Origin: an uncultured Candidatus Poseidoniales archaeon | GTDB taxonomy: Archaea > Thermoplasmatota > Poseidoniia > Poseidoniales > Poseidoniaceae | DNA: 64,000 nt | NCBI GenBank assembly: GCA_905182715.1 | Contig: CAJJCP010000015.1 | Coordinates: 11,170 to 75,169, forward strand | Direction of reading: 5' to 3' | Shown here: in pieces, positions 27,949-38,264 of the stretch | Numbering within the stretch: the stretch's first letter is position 1 | Layout of the letters: each line of letters starts with the position of its first letter | The notes under the pieces: generated by a model | Database searches by the model: none | The model's input: the letters and a program-made list of their open reading frames with translations, nothing else | What the model was told of the DNA's origin: nothing | Position numbers and translations under genes: made by a program

Positions 27949-29625
27949 TCAAAGGTCAATTCGAGGAAGACCTGCTTCCCCAGCATGTTCTGCGTGGTGG
28001 GTTTTACTGTCTTTCAATTCATCGAATGAGACATCCTCGAGCACAGGTGTATATTCTTCTGTTTCTTGTACTTCCTGTTCTACAAAAGTGTGCCTTCGTT
28101 CCATACGTGCAAGCCTACGCTGAACTTCACTGTCAGGTAATTTCCCTCCACGGCTTGCAGAGAGATTACGAATAGATTCAATTGCTTCTGAATGGTGATT
28201 CTGAGCCGAACGCTGGCGGAGTTCTTGTGCTGAAGAGGAGCCACTGTCTTGTTGATTCGTTGAGCGGCCGTTGAGTACGCGATTTGCCAAATGAGTTGCA
28301 CTTTCCATAAATTGTGCTGCAGCAGGGGCGACGATTTCACGAATTTTACTTGTTTGTATAGATTGGTTCCGAATCTTCGGGCGAAGACGTGATTCTGAAC
28401 GAGGTCCAGTTTTAGGACGTAATCGAGTGTTCACTTTATGGCCACGGGTTTTATTTTGAATTGGGGCCTCTAGAACCTCTGGAGTTTGACGACGTGCCTT
28501 TTCAATGAGTGAAGTTTGTTCTTCCTTCTCAAGATCTAGAAGTTCGGCATCCGGTGAACGGAACGCACTGAAATCGGAATGAACCTCCCTGTTGGTAGCG
28601 GAGGAATGGCCAGGGACATGGGCTCCTTCCTTTCCAACAAAACTCGGCAAATACATACCGGGGATTTCTGTCGGTTGGTTTGCTTGGTTTTCGTGAGGCA
28701 TCTCGGCATGAGATACTTGGGCAATGTGTTGATACGATGATACTGGTGATGGGCCCGAATACACTGGGTGAGGTGCGTAAGAGTGAGGGTCTACTTGTTG
28801 AGATTGAGGTATGTGTGGATGAGGTGAAGATTCAAATGAGCCACGACGACTATGAGCATTCTCAATGCCCCTTTGGATAAGTCCATGTTCCGTAGTTGAG
28901 CGATTCGGTTCCTGTGCACGATGGCCTCTATGCATCCGATTAGCGACAGTCTGCTCCATTTCATCAAAGTCTAATTCGATACCTTTGTCCATTCCATTGG
29001 AAGAAAAAGTAGGCTCAGGTCGTTCATTATCTGTAATTTCATCTGTAAGGAAAGACGCGATTGAGGTCGATGAACTCAAATGAATTGGTTCAACAGGTAC
29101 TTCTTGAAGATTCAGTAAGGCGGTTCGCGGATACTCTAAATCTCTGTTCAATATATCCAAACCTATTCTTGCTTCTTCAAGCCCCATTCCACTTTCGAGA
29201 CGCTTGAGTAATGTTGACAACCGCATCAATGAAGCATCATTGCCGGTAAGTGTGTGGCAATCACCAACATCTGTATCGAGGGTAAGTGTTGGTTTACGCG
29301 TTCCAAGCCAGCCGAAGATCATGGCACACCCTAAGATTGCAGACAAGATCTGAAGCGTGTCTGAAATCCATATGCGTTTAGCAGCATAAATCAACGCGCA
29401 ACCAAATAACGCATAGGTGAAAGATACGAGCCGCGTATGGTGGTGGTGGACTCTGGTTATGTTGGAGAGGCGTAAATCCAATGCGTGACCGCGTCGAGTT
29501 TCGAGAGAAAGCATACGCTCATCAACAGAAGCTCGTACTTTACCCGAACCTGCTAAGTGCAACGCTCTGAAGACCTCGTGGTCTTCCGCACTTACAGGTC
29601 CTTCGCCCTCGACATTAATGCGCAT
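27949..29625 (-). CDS. Hypothetical membrane protein with a long low-complexity (likely disordered) C-terminal region
   Basis: Two TM segments are FTYALFGCALIYAA and ILSAILGCAMIFGWL. They are followed by about 400 aa rich in S/P/Q/H/R/E. Confidence 0.5.
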   Translation of the reverse strand: MRINVEGEGPVSAEDHEVFRALHLAGSGKVRASVDERMLSLETRRGHALDLRLSNITRVHHHHTRLVSFTYALFGCALIYAAKRIWISDTLQILSAILGCAMIFGWLGTRKPTLTLDTDVGDCHTLTGNDASLMRLSTLLKRLESGMGLEEARIGLDILNRDLEYPRTALLNLQEVPVEPIHLSSSTSIASFLTDEITDNERPEPTFSSNGMDKGIELDFDEMEQTVANRMHRGHRAQEPNRSTTEHGLIQRGIENAHSRRGSFESSPHPHIPQSQQVDPHSYAPHPVYSGPSPVSSYQHIAQVSHAEMPHENQANQPTEIPGMYLPSFVGKEGAHVPGHSSATNREVHSDFSAFRSPDAELLDLEKEEQTSLIEKARRQTPEVLEAPIQNKTRGHKVNTRLRPKTGPRSESRLRPKIRNQSIQTSKIREIVAPAAAQFMESATHLANRVLNGRSTNQQDSGSSSAQELRQRSAQNHHSEAIESIRNLSASRGGKLPDSEVQRRLARMERRHTFVEQEVQETEEYTPVLEDVSFDELKDSKTHHAEHAGEAGLPRIDL

Positions 29626-29708
29626 CCCAGCGCGTAAACCAACTGTGCTGGGTTATCAAACCACCGATTGTTCAGTGTATTTTGACGGCGATAATACTAC
29701 CATTCATT

Positions 29709-30767
29709 CTACGCCGACTTCTCGCTTGAAAGAGTGAGTGTCGCGTTTCCCATGATGCGTGGCTTTGAATCCAATTGAGCAATCAATGTCGCCTCTGGAT
29801 TTTCTCTGCGAATAAATAACGGTGCTTCCCAAATCACTTCCATTTCCTCTCCATTCACAGCGCCTATTCGTCCAACGACAAATTGTAAATCGACACTTGC
29901 GTGTATGACATCACCTTCAGCTAAAATACGCTTCTGGAAAGGAGAGCGATTCAACTTCATTATCGAACGCTCATGAGCGACGACTGCTAGAGGAATATTG
30001 GTATTTGTTTTCTTATCTTCAACTGCAGGTCGAACCAAAAGTGTCCCACTGCCGAGGTGGTCTTCCTTGGCATTACGCAGAGCAAGTCCAACCCGATCAC
30101 CTGCTACAGCTGCAGCCACATCATCATCCATAACTTGCAAAGATTTGGCGTTTCCAGTTCCATTCGCAGGTAATAAAACGAGTTCATCATGAACATTCAC
30201 AGTACCAGATTGAACATAGCCAATAGCAACTAAGCCAATGCCTTTGACGTTGAAATGTTGGTCGATCGGAATAACCAGTGGTGCCGCTGCATTCAAAGAC
30301 AATACTTCCGACATGTTTTCCATGTGTTGGTACAAAGTATTGCGTAGTTGAATGCCATCATTCGAACCGAACGTCCATTTCCCTAGGCCTGCTTGTTTGA
30401 ACAACATCTTCACTTGATCTTCATCCACCCATTCGCCTTGTGGTGCATTGATTACTGCAACTCCTTCAATGATATTGGCGCTGGCAAAAGCAACCAATGA
30501 TTCACCGAGTGTCGCATCTATTCCAGTAATTTCGAGAAGACCGACGCGAGCGGCTGAAAGTGCATTCAAAAAGGGCCGAAGGCGTTCTGGGTATTTCGCC
30601 GGCCGGATAATCGAAAGAATACGTGAGCCCTCTTGACCTGGCTCTTTGTGTACATAGGTGTGTACGTCTCTTTGGTCTGTCGCTTTCGCAATCTCACGGG
30701 CTAACTCATCGGTTCCGATCATAGCAATATTGAGGACAGGCATGCCTCGTCCACCTATGTGGGTCAC
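29709..30767 (-). CDS. EF-Tu/EF-1A-like protein with a degenerate G domain (translation-GTPase paralog)
   Basis: Domain-2 beta-barrel signatures are FNVKGIGLVAIGYVQSGTVNVHDELVLLP and VAGDRVGLALRN. The N-terminal region (IAMIGTDELAREIAK) lacks a P-loop GxxxxGK[ST]. The alternative start at 30743 gives MPVLNIAMIG. This is the only gene in the window that ends in TAG. Confidence 0.55.
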   Translation of the reverse strand: MTHIGGRGMPVLNIAMIGTDELAREIAKATDQRDVHTYVHKEPGQEGSRILSIIRPAKYPERLRPFLNALSAARVGLLEITGIDATLGESLVAFASANIIEGVAVINAPQGEWVDEDQVKMLFKQAGLGKWTFGSNDGIQLRNTLYQHMENMSEVLSLNAAAPLVIPIDQHFNVKGIGLVAIGYVQSGTVNVHDELVLLPANGTGNAKSLQVMDDDVAAAVAGDRVGLALRNAKEDHLGSGTLLVRPAVEDKKTNTNIPLAVVAHERSIMKLNRSPFQKRILAEGDVIHASVDLQFVVGRIGAVNGEEMEVIWEAPLFIRRENPEATLIAQLDSKPRIMGNATLTLSSEKSA

Positions 30768-30785
30768 ATGAAGGTAGGGGTAAAT

Positions 30786-31247
30786 TCACTTCTTCCGTTT
30801 TGCCAACATTTGTTCACGGATATTTTTGGCATGATCCCAATCCTCTTGTTCGGCTTCATCCTCAATAACAAATTGCGGAATTGGAATGGGGCGCATCATT
30901 GAGTCAATAGCGACGAAAAAGAAGAAACCTTCGCAGATTTTCTTCTTTTCCCAATTCGCCTTATTCACTGCTACTGCGGTAACTTTGGTACAGGCTGTAT
31001 GGCTGCTGGTGAACACGACTTTTCCAGTTACTTCAAGCAAATCTCCTTGACGTGCTGGGGCAATGAATGTTAATGCATCAATCGAAATAGTTACGAATTC
31101 TCTGTGAGCAAATTTAGCACACGCAATCCCGCCGGCTTTATCCATGAGAGAAAGTAACCTTCCGCCGAACAATGTATCGTATGCATTCGTATCACCTGGG
31201 AAAACATGCTCAATGAGCATAGCGGCCTCTTTTGAGTAAGGTTCCAT
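30786..31247 (-). CDS. Hotdog-fold acyl-CoA thioesterase (YciA/Acot-like)
   Basis: VFPGDTNAYDTLFGGRLLSLMDKAGGIACAKF...FVTISIDALTFIAPARQGDLLEV is the typical acyl-CoA hydrolase pattern. Confidence 0.75.
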   Translation of the reverse strand: MEPYSKEAAMLIEHVFPGDTNAYDTLFGGRLLSLMDKAGGIACAKFAHREFVTISIDALTFIAPARQGDLLEVTGKVVFTSSHTACTKVTAVAVNKANWEKKKICEGFFFFVAIDSMMRPIPIPQFVIEDEAEQEDWDHAKNIREQMLAKRKK

Positions 31248-31518
31248 GGTTGTGCGATAAGGTTCTCCCTCAAGAACTCATGTGGGGTTCATCTGGTCCG
31301 GAGGTGGTTTCCAGACCTTGAGGCTGTGGGACTTGTTATGGACGATAAGGACTGTATCGATTTAGTTCAAATTGTCCAGAATGCTTGGAGTCAAAGACGA
31401 GTGATTCAACTTTGAATCCTCGATATCTCAATTTATCCCTCCGTAGGAGGGGCTCATGGGGCAAGTGTCCGTTGCGATTATAGGTGAAGGAAACCTCGGG
31501 TAAAAGGTAGGTGAGTTT

Positions 31519-34500
31519 ATGACCCATAATAATCGACAATTGAAAACCCCATTGTTCCTCGTTCTCCTGATGATTTTGGCACCTTTTGCTGCAGCAGCAA
31601 ATGTGACCACTTTTGGTAACGGAAACGAAACCACGGATATTGAATTGCGTGACGGTACTGCGTTTGTCGATAACGATTCTGGTACAATTCATCTTCCCGC
31701 TTCTGAAACCGTAACAAGTGCTTCACTCGATATTTCAACCAGCATGGTTGAACACAGTGCACATACTCGAGTTGACCTGGAAACAATGCCTCGTGTGTGG
31801 AATCCAATGTATAACAATCAACTTACCAAATTTTCGAATAACACCCATTTTACGTATGAAGAAGGTTCCAATGCGGTCCCTGTCAAATTGAAATCAGAAG
31901 GCTTCCTTACAGACTTTGAAGAAACTGAAGCAGGTTTCATCGACCATCGCGATTTCACTCAAGACTACGTCGGTTGGGACCATGGAACGATCGATTCCAC
32001 GACAGTTGGCGCAAACTCGAATGTACCCGACTGTTCCAGTGGAACAGATTGCTGGGGTACAGGATTGACTGACGACGATTATACCAGTGATTCAGCGACA
32101 GGTTCATCCGCAATCTCATACCGAATGACTTCGGAGACCATTTATGTTGATCCATCTTTGAAGGACCATATGGCTTTCTTTGATTCATGGCATGACCTTG
32201 ACATCGATACTGGAACGGGTACGAACCCCCCAGTTTACTATCGAGATTGTGCATATTTGCAAATCCGAGGCTCCTTTAACGACGATTTTGTCGACACTGA
32301 CCCAGCCGGCTTCTCTTCAATTGATATCGACCTTTCAAATTCCTCTGGCGTTGGATATGGTAACGGATACTATGCTGTAGGTTCCGGTTCTTCAAATGCA
32401 GGTCAAATTGACTCACGATGCCAAGGTATCACTCAAGGCGACTACGGGCTCGCTGGTTCTTCTACTTCGGTTTCCAACCCAACAGGATGGGCTAATATTG
32501 CAGTCGACTTGTACCAATATATCGGTCAATACATCCAATTCCGTTTCGTTATGGAAGACAATAATATTGCTGGAACTGATGGTGGAAAAGCAGGATGGTA
32601 TGTCGACAACTTTCGAGTTGGCGAACCATTGCCGCAATCAGCAGACATGTCGATTAACGGTTTCATACCTTACGTATCCAACGGTTTGAATCAACCGAAT
32701 GGCTTCGGATTACTCACTCTTGAATCTGAAACAACCAGTTCAGCAACTATTTCGGTGACCGTTCTTGATTCTGCAACAGGCCAAACTGTTGTCGATCGAA
32801 ACGGAAAGACCATGACCAATCTGAAAGGAAAAATAATTGAGTTATGGGACATTAATTCAACAATGTATCCTTCAATTAATTTTAAATTAACTTTTGATTC
32901 GGGTCCCAGTCGCCTTTCTTCGCCAATATTCCACGGTTTAAGTATTGGGACGCGAGTTGGAACTGGATTCAATCAAACTACCGGGCTCGGGGGAGTGGAA
33001 AATGTCTTCGATGGAGTTTGGGAAACTCCGGGTAATGGTAGACCGCTAATGTACTCCCCTCTTATCACCGACACCACCTACACTCCAGTGGTTGAACGAA
33101 GTAATTTTAATCGTCCAATCACCCGTATTACACCTTTTATTCAAGATGACTGTTCTGAAGTTCCAAGATTAGATTTCTATGGCATTGGAGGCGCAGGCGT
33201 CATCGGTCTTGAAAGCGGTACCGAGTTCATTCTTTCAGAGCCAGTGTTCGGTTTTGAGTCTATTCTCTCTTACCAAAATGCGTGTAACGTAGGCGGCCTT
33301 TGGTTTGATTTAACCTTTGGACATCATACTGAATCTGTCCAACTCGATGTGGCAAACGATGGCCACGTGGACTGGGGCTTTGAAGAACCAGCCTTCGGTG
33401 GATTTGGCCGTCAAACTAATTTCTTACAGAGCAAAATCAATGGCATCAATTATGGCCAATCGTCATCTGTACTGACTGTTGACAGCAGCGGTGTTGCAGA
33501 AGGTGCTATGTTTATGCTTCCAAAGGGAGCAGAAGTCACCTCGGTTGACTATGCCTTTGACCAAATTGAAATTCACTCAAGTAATGACCAGAGCGAAGGA
33601 TTTGACCTCACTCTTTTGTCAGGGACCCAAGAAGTGTCCCTCAATTCAATCTTCAATACCACCAGATTCTTTCCGGAGTATCTCGGTGAATCACTCGATA
33701 TGAAGGGAGCAATTAATTCCCTTCTTGGTAATGCTTTGGTTCCAGTGAGCCACTATGATGCGTATGGCAATGAATGGCATACGTTCCGATTGAGGGCAGA
33801 TTCCCCAAATGCATCTACGGGCGCTCAAATGACTGTCCGAGACCTTGATATTGTGTATAACTACTCAGTTTCGATGAATAATGCCGATGGATTAGATCGT
33901 GAACTGAACAAAGGTGTTGCTCTATGGAGCGGCGGTTCTACTGCAGAAGTGGAACTGAAGGTGAGCGGTTCGATCGGTGGAGGGCTCACTCTTTCAAATC
34001 TCGATATTACAACTTCAAGTGGTTATGATAATTCCATTAGTTTAGTCGGTAATCCAATTGGATTATATCCGAATGGAGGGATTTATGAAATTGTAACAAC
34101 ACATACTGTTAGCCCTCTTACAGGTGCAGGTTTGGCTGAAGCCACTTTGACGTTTGAATCAAAAACTGGGGATGTGGTCTTGAGTTACAGCGACGCTTTA
34201 CTCTTCTCCGAAGCATCCGATGTTGACGATCTCCTCAGTCTCGAATCCTCAAGCGTCGTCGATATTAACAACGGTAAACAAATTACATGGAGATTTGTTG
34301 TTAATTCCAATTGGGAAGATACCGATGAAGTCCGTATCTACTCCGGCCTTATCGCATCAAATGGGGTCAATGGGTTGCCAGATGCTACTCTACTCGCTCC
34401 AGCTGGTGGGAATGCAGTTGAAAACGATGCTATCATCACCTCGTTCCAAGTCCTCAACAACATTGGTGCTGTTCAAGACCTTGACGACGGAACCTCTGGT

Positions 34501-37446
34501 CAAACGGTGACAGTTACTGGCTCCATCCGCCTCGAAGATTTATCCATTTCACCAAACCCGAGTGGATACTTCATGGTTCTCGAACAAAAAATAATCAACA
34601 ATACAGGTGGAAATATCTCCATCGAATGGATTTCTGTAGCGAACCAATCAGGTATTCCAAGTGGTGATTTCAACTGGGCAATTGACCTTGGAATGGCTGC
34701 AGGTCAAGATACATACCGATTCCGTATCGACGGATACGAAGGTGGAGACACCCTCTGTCCTGCGGCTGAATACCGGCCTGACAGTGCATGTGGCATTCCA
34801 TTTAATCTGTCAATCGATACTCTTGACCCGAACTTGCTTGATGTCCGTATTCTCAACGGACAAGTCGACCCGTCTCTCGACAGTAACTGGCGAGTTATGG
34901 TCGATGATACATGGGTAGTGCCTTCCGCAACCCAACAAATTCGCTTGAATGCAAGTGATTTACCAAATCCTCCAGAATCTCTCGACCTGAAGATTTGGGT
35001 TGAATACGATCATGACAGCAATTCGAATGGTCAAGCAGATACCGATGAATACATCACAGTTACCGCTTACAGCGATGGTGCAGCACCTTTTGCTAATTAT
35101 TCAGCAGTTTACAACGATTATGCTAACGTTGGCCAAGACCCTGTTGGTAAAGTCAGTGTTTGGATTGAAGGATTCGATAAAGCTGGAAACCCGATTAACG
35201 GCGGTGCCCCAGGATTTGAGAATGACCATTTCACATATGTCTCGATGAACTCGAAAGCTCCGGTTATTCGCAATTTCTTTATTGAGGATTCTCAAGACAG
35301 TCGTTTCTTGAAGTCAAATCAACAACAATACAATGGGAAATGGAATCATACAATGTATGCTGGTAACGAATACCACCTCATCGTTGAAGCAAGTGATGAC
35401 AACGGTTGGCGAGATGTTGATTATTTCCGCATTGACTTGGCTGATGACCGAAATGATATGACCGTGTATTATTCTCCTCGAAATGATACTGCATGGACCA
35501 ACAGTCCTTACATTGAAATCCTTCTTGAAGACGGTGATTCCGATGGGCCACAAGTACTTCGTATGAGTGGTAATGTACTCATTGACCCCTTCGAATCCGA
35601 TTTCTACCTCGATTTACCGATTCGTATGGCATGGGGACTACCTGGTGCTACGACTTCTCTCAACAATCCTATTTTGTACATGCAAGATCTTGACAATCCT
35701 CGATACAGAATGCTTCCTGCCTCCGGACGACACATTCAAGATTGGCATTACAGTGATGGAATCCAACTTGATTTCCGTGCAGATTCAGCAAACAACCAGA
35801 TGATTACACCTTTGTTTTCCGACTTACTTACTCCGATTACACAAGATGTTCGAAACGGATTTGTTTATCCAGGTGACATCATCTCGTTCCAAGGCCAATA
35901 TGCTTACCTCGATGGGATTCTCAACGAAGTTTACATTAAACCTGAAATCGAATTGACTCTTGAAGTGACCCGCCAACCAGGTTTGATGGACGGTTCTAAG
36001 GGATACATCGCTTATCCTGGTGAAGTTACCTATCATACCTTTACAGGTGGTGCCTTTGATATCAATCTCACCGCGCCTCCAGTGACCAATGATTACACCT
36101 ACACGTTCCGTTTGTGTCCATACGATGCAACCGGCGGCGATGGTGGCTCCAATGGTGAATGTGGTAACGACATTGAAGGATTGCCATTCGGTGCAGTTGA
36201 TACAACAGCAGCAATTTGTTCTTCATCCTCTACCTATGGATGTCAAACGTTTAACCTCAAAATTGACGGAACAGCCCCTCGAGTTGTTTCCAACACCTGG
36301 ACGCTCAAGAATGGAAAGGGCGACGGTGGAGTTCTTGCGAATGTTTTGCCAACCTCAACTTTCCACTGCGTCGATGTCGAAGTAATTCTCGAAGAGCAAG
36401 AAGCCTTGTTCCAGGGAGATGTTTCCGTTGCTTGGAGTTTCTATACAGACCCAACCAATAACATCACATGGCCAATATACCGTTCGACCTTTGGCGACAT
36501 GCCATTAACCCAAGAATTGACCCTTAATCCAAGCGGCGGTTCTTACTTTGCTTCTGCACAATGTGTTGACTTGTGGCCAATCACGGAAGGTCAGACTGAT
36601 CCTGATGCATCGCAAATTGACAGCGTCGATGTTGTCTTTTGGATTGATGCAACCGACTCTGCAGGGACACAAGCCATTTTGGGCGGTGGACCTACGGATG
36701 AAGGCGGAATTGGGCCAATCTTTTCGAGCAACCCAGAGCACAAATCCATGTATGAATTGATTCATGAAGAAGCGTCCTTTACCATTACAGATGTTGTGAT
36801 GAGACCGGCTCGACCTGAAGTAGGTCAAGACATGGATTTAGAAATCAAAGTGTTGAACACTGGAACGATGGACGGGTCAACCGTTCTCAATATTCGTTCA
36901 GTCGTCAACAGTGGCGTACCTGTACTCGAAAACAGTATTCCTACCGGCATCATCACTGTTGGCGATTCTACTTGGGTTAAGGTGACGCTTACAGAATTCA
37001 ATTTAGCAACGACAGGTATGTATTATCTGATTTCCGACAATACGACCGATGAATTGCTCTACAACGGTTCATCCGAGGGAGAATCATTCAACGTCAAGGT
37101 AGAAAGTGAATCCTCAGATTCCTCTGGGTTTATGCTCATCCTTGCTATTCTCGGTATTGCTGTAGCAGTTCTGGGAACCTTGGTGTTTGTATTGTCTCGT
37201 CGCGGTGACGGATCTGACCTTTTCAATGAATATGAAGAAGAAGGTGGGAAAACGTATGTCGAATTACCTGGTCAACCAAAACCATCCGGTGGTCCACCTC
37301 AAGCAGCAGGACCTGCTGCCAATGTTTCGCCTGAAATGGCGCATGCAATGACACAATTCCCTCAATGGACTCAAGAAGAAATCCAAGGTTACTTTGACCA
37401 AGGATGGAGCGTTGATGCTCTTCGCGAATGGGTTAACAGTCAGTGA
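31519..37446 (+). CDS. Giant (1975 aa) secreted surface protein with C-terminal TM anchor and cytoplasmic tail
   Basis: TAGGTGAG lies 4 nt upstream of the ATG. The signal peptide is KTPLFLVLLMILAPFAAAANV. There are many N-x-S/T sequons. A jelly-roll-like module ends in GKAGWYVDNFRVGEP, and a CARDB-like module is PEVGQDMDLEIKVLNTGTMDGS. The TM segment is FMLILAILGIAVAVLGTLVFVL. Confidence 0.85.
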   Translation: MTHNNRQLKTPLFLVLLMILAPFAAAANVTTFGNGNETTDIELRDGTAFVDNDSGTIHLPASETVTSASLDISTSMVEHSAHTRVDLETMPRVWNPMYNNQLTKFSNNTHFTYEEGSNAVPVKLKSEGFLTDFEETEAGFIDHRDFTQDYVGWDHGTIDSTTVGANSNVPDCSSGTDCWGTGLTDDDYTSDSATGSSAISYRMTSETIYVDPSLKDHMAFFDSWHDLDIDTGTGTNPPVYYRDCAYLQIRGSFNDDFVDTDPAGFSSIDIDLSNSSGVGYGNGYYAVGSGSSNAGQIDSRCQGITQGDYGLAGSSTSVSNPTGWANIAVDLYQYIGQYIQFRFVMEDNNIAGTDGGKAGWYVDNFRVGEPLPQSADMSINGFIPYVSNGLNQPNGFGLLTLESETTSSATISVTVLDSATGQTVVDRNGKTMTNLKGKIIELWDINSTMYPSINFKLTFDSGPSRLSSPIFHGLSIGTRVGTGFNQTTGLGGVENVFDGVWETPGNGRPLMYSPLITDTTYTPVVERSNFNRPITRITPFIQDDCSEVPRLDFYGIGGAGVIGLESGTEFILSEPVFGFESILSYQNACNVGGLWFDLTFGHHTESVQLDVANDGHVDWGFEEPAFGGFGRQTNFLQSKINGINYGQSSSVLTVDSSGVAEGAMFMLPKGAEVTSVDYAFDQIEIHSSNDQSEGFDLTLLSGTQEVSLNSIFNTTRFFPEYLGESLDMKGAINSLLGNALVPVSHYDAYGNEWHTFRLRADSPNASTGAQMTVRDLDIVYNYSVSMNNADGLDRELNKGVALWSGGSTAEVELKVSGSIGGGLTLSNLDITTSSGYDNSISLVGNPIGLYPNGGIYEIVTTHTVSPLTGAGLAEATLTFESKTGDVVLSYSDALLFSEASDVDDLLSLESSSVVDINNGKQITWRFVVNSNWEDTDEVRIYSGLIASNGVNGLPDATLLAPAGGNAVENDAIITSFQVLNNIGAVQDLDDGTSGQTVTVTGSIRLEDLSISPNPSGYFMVLEQKIINNTGGNISIEWISVANQSGIPSGDFNWAIDLGMAAGQDTYRFRIDGYEGGDTLCPAAEYRPDSACGIPFNLSIDTLDPNLLDVRILNGQVDPSLDSNWRVMVDDTWVVPSATQQIRLNASDLPNPPESLDLKIWVEYDHDSNSNGQADTDEYITVTAYSDGAAPFANYSAVYNDYANVGQDPVGKVSVWIEGFDKAGNPINGGAPGFENDHFTYVSMNSKAPVIRNFFIEDSQDSRFLKSNQQQYNGKWNHTMYAGNEYHLIVEASDDNGWRDVDYFRIDLADDRNDMTVYYSPRNDTAWTNSPYIEILLEDGDSDGPQVLRMSGNVLIDPFESDFYLDLPIRMAWGLPGATTSLNNPILYMQDLDNPRYRMLPASGRHIQDWHYSDGIQLDFRADSANNQMITPLFSDLLTPITQDVRNGFVYPGDIISFQGQYAYLDGILNEVYIKPEIELTLEVTRQPGLMDGSKGYIAYPGEVTYHTFTGGAFDINLTAPPVTNDYTYTFRLCPYDATGGDGGSNGECGNDIEGLPFGAVDTTAAICSSSSTYGCQTFNLKIDGTAPRVVSNTWTLKNGKGDGGVLANVLPTSTFHCVDVEVILEEQEALFQGDVSVAWSFYTDPTNNITWPIYRSTFGDMPLTQELTLNPSGGSYFASAQCVDLWPITEGQTDPDASQIDSVDVVFWIDATDSAGTQAILGGGPTDEGGIGPIFSSNPEHKSMYELIHEEASFTITDVVMRPARPEVGQDMDLEIKVLNTGTMDGSTVLNIRSVVNSGVPVLENSIPTGIITVGDSTWVKVTLTEFNLATTGMYYLISDNTTDELLYNGSSEGESFNVKVESESSDSSGFMLILAILGIAVAVLGTLVFVLSRRGDGSDLFNEYEEEGGKTYVELPGQPKPSGGPPQAAGPAANVSPEMAHAMTQFPQWTQEEIQGYFDQGWSVDALREWVNSQ

Positions 37447-38264
37447 GCGTGAAAGGTGTGCCCGCTCGACTTGATTGGGAAGACCATGTTTGGGAAGATC
37501 CAGATGGTGGCCAGATTGTACTCCATGGCGTGTTGCCTACGATTGTTTATCCACGTACAATGCGTCCGAGGGACTCTTGGAACGGTTTGGCCTTACTCGA
37601 ATCTCCCGATGTTGTCGATTTATGGGTGCAAGAAGAGAAGGATGAGGCAGAATCACCAGGCGTTAACCTCTCTCATGGTTTGATTTCTGGTGGTGCATTC
37701 GGGATTTTCTTAGATGAAATCACACGCGTAGAAGACATACCCGGAGGTCGATTCCCAGACCCTGAACCACGACGATTACATCGCAATGCAGCACGCCATG
37801 AGAGGCCGATTTTCTTCATAGAACCGACCGCAGATGACGAAGAATGGAGCGCCCATCTTACTCTTGAAGCTAAAGCAGCCTCACACTGGAAGAAATTACT
37901 CGGAATGATTTCTATCGGCGGCAAATGGAGGAAACGTGTCAAAAAGAATATCTTTGATGCCCAAAAACCACCAAAAGGAGTTTCCAGTAACTTCGGTTCT
38001 GCCGCAGTTTTGTCTGCAACATGGTGGGATTTGAGTGAATGGGTCGTCGGACCCCAAGTCTGTTCTTCCCGTGACCTACGGTTCGCAGCTCGCCTAAGAG
38101 GGGCTCTCGCTCTGCTTCGGAAGGACTTTGGTGACGAGGCTACGTTGTTACTGCCGTTGTATTTACCTCATCGAAATGCCATTCTTGAAGCCTTGAACTC
38201 TCTTCCAAAACAAGAGGAGATTAGTTTAGACACTACTTCATCCGATAGATTAGAGGAGGAATGA
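37443..38264 (+). CDS. Hypothetical protein, translationally coupled to the giant surface protein gene
   Basis: The GTG start overlaps the upstream stop (GTGA). I recognised no domain. Confidence 0.5.
   Translation: MSVKGVPARLDWEDHVWEDPDGGQIVLHGVLPTIVYPRTMRPRDSWNGLALLESPDVVDLWVQEEKDEAESPGVNLSHGLISGGAFGIFLDEITRVEDIPGGRFPDPEPRRLHRNAARHERPIFFIEPTADDEEWSAHLTLEAKAASHWKKLLGMISIGGKWRKRVKKNIFDAQKPPKGVSSNFGSAAVLSATWWDLSEWVVGPQVCSSRDLRFAARLRGALALLRKDFGDEATLLLPLYLPHRNAILEALNSLPKQEEISLDTTSSDRLEEE

Noticed and set aside
31336-31807. Three minus-strand ORFs (96-118 aa) in the spacer and 5' end of the giant gene
   Set aside because: They have no motifs, overlap each other and the strongly supported 1975 aa gene, and are probably spurious. 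The spacer does contain a small hairpin (CCCTCC-gta-GGAGGG), but I could not tie it to a function.
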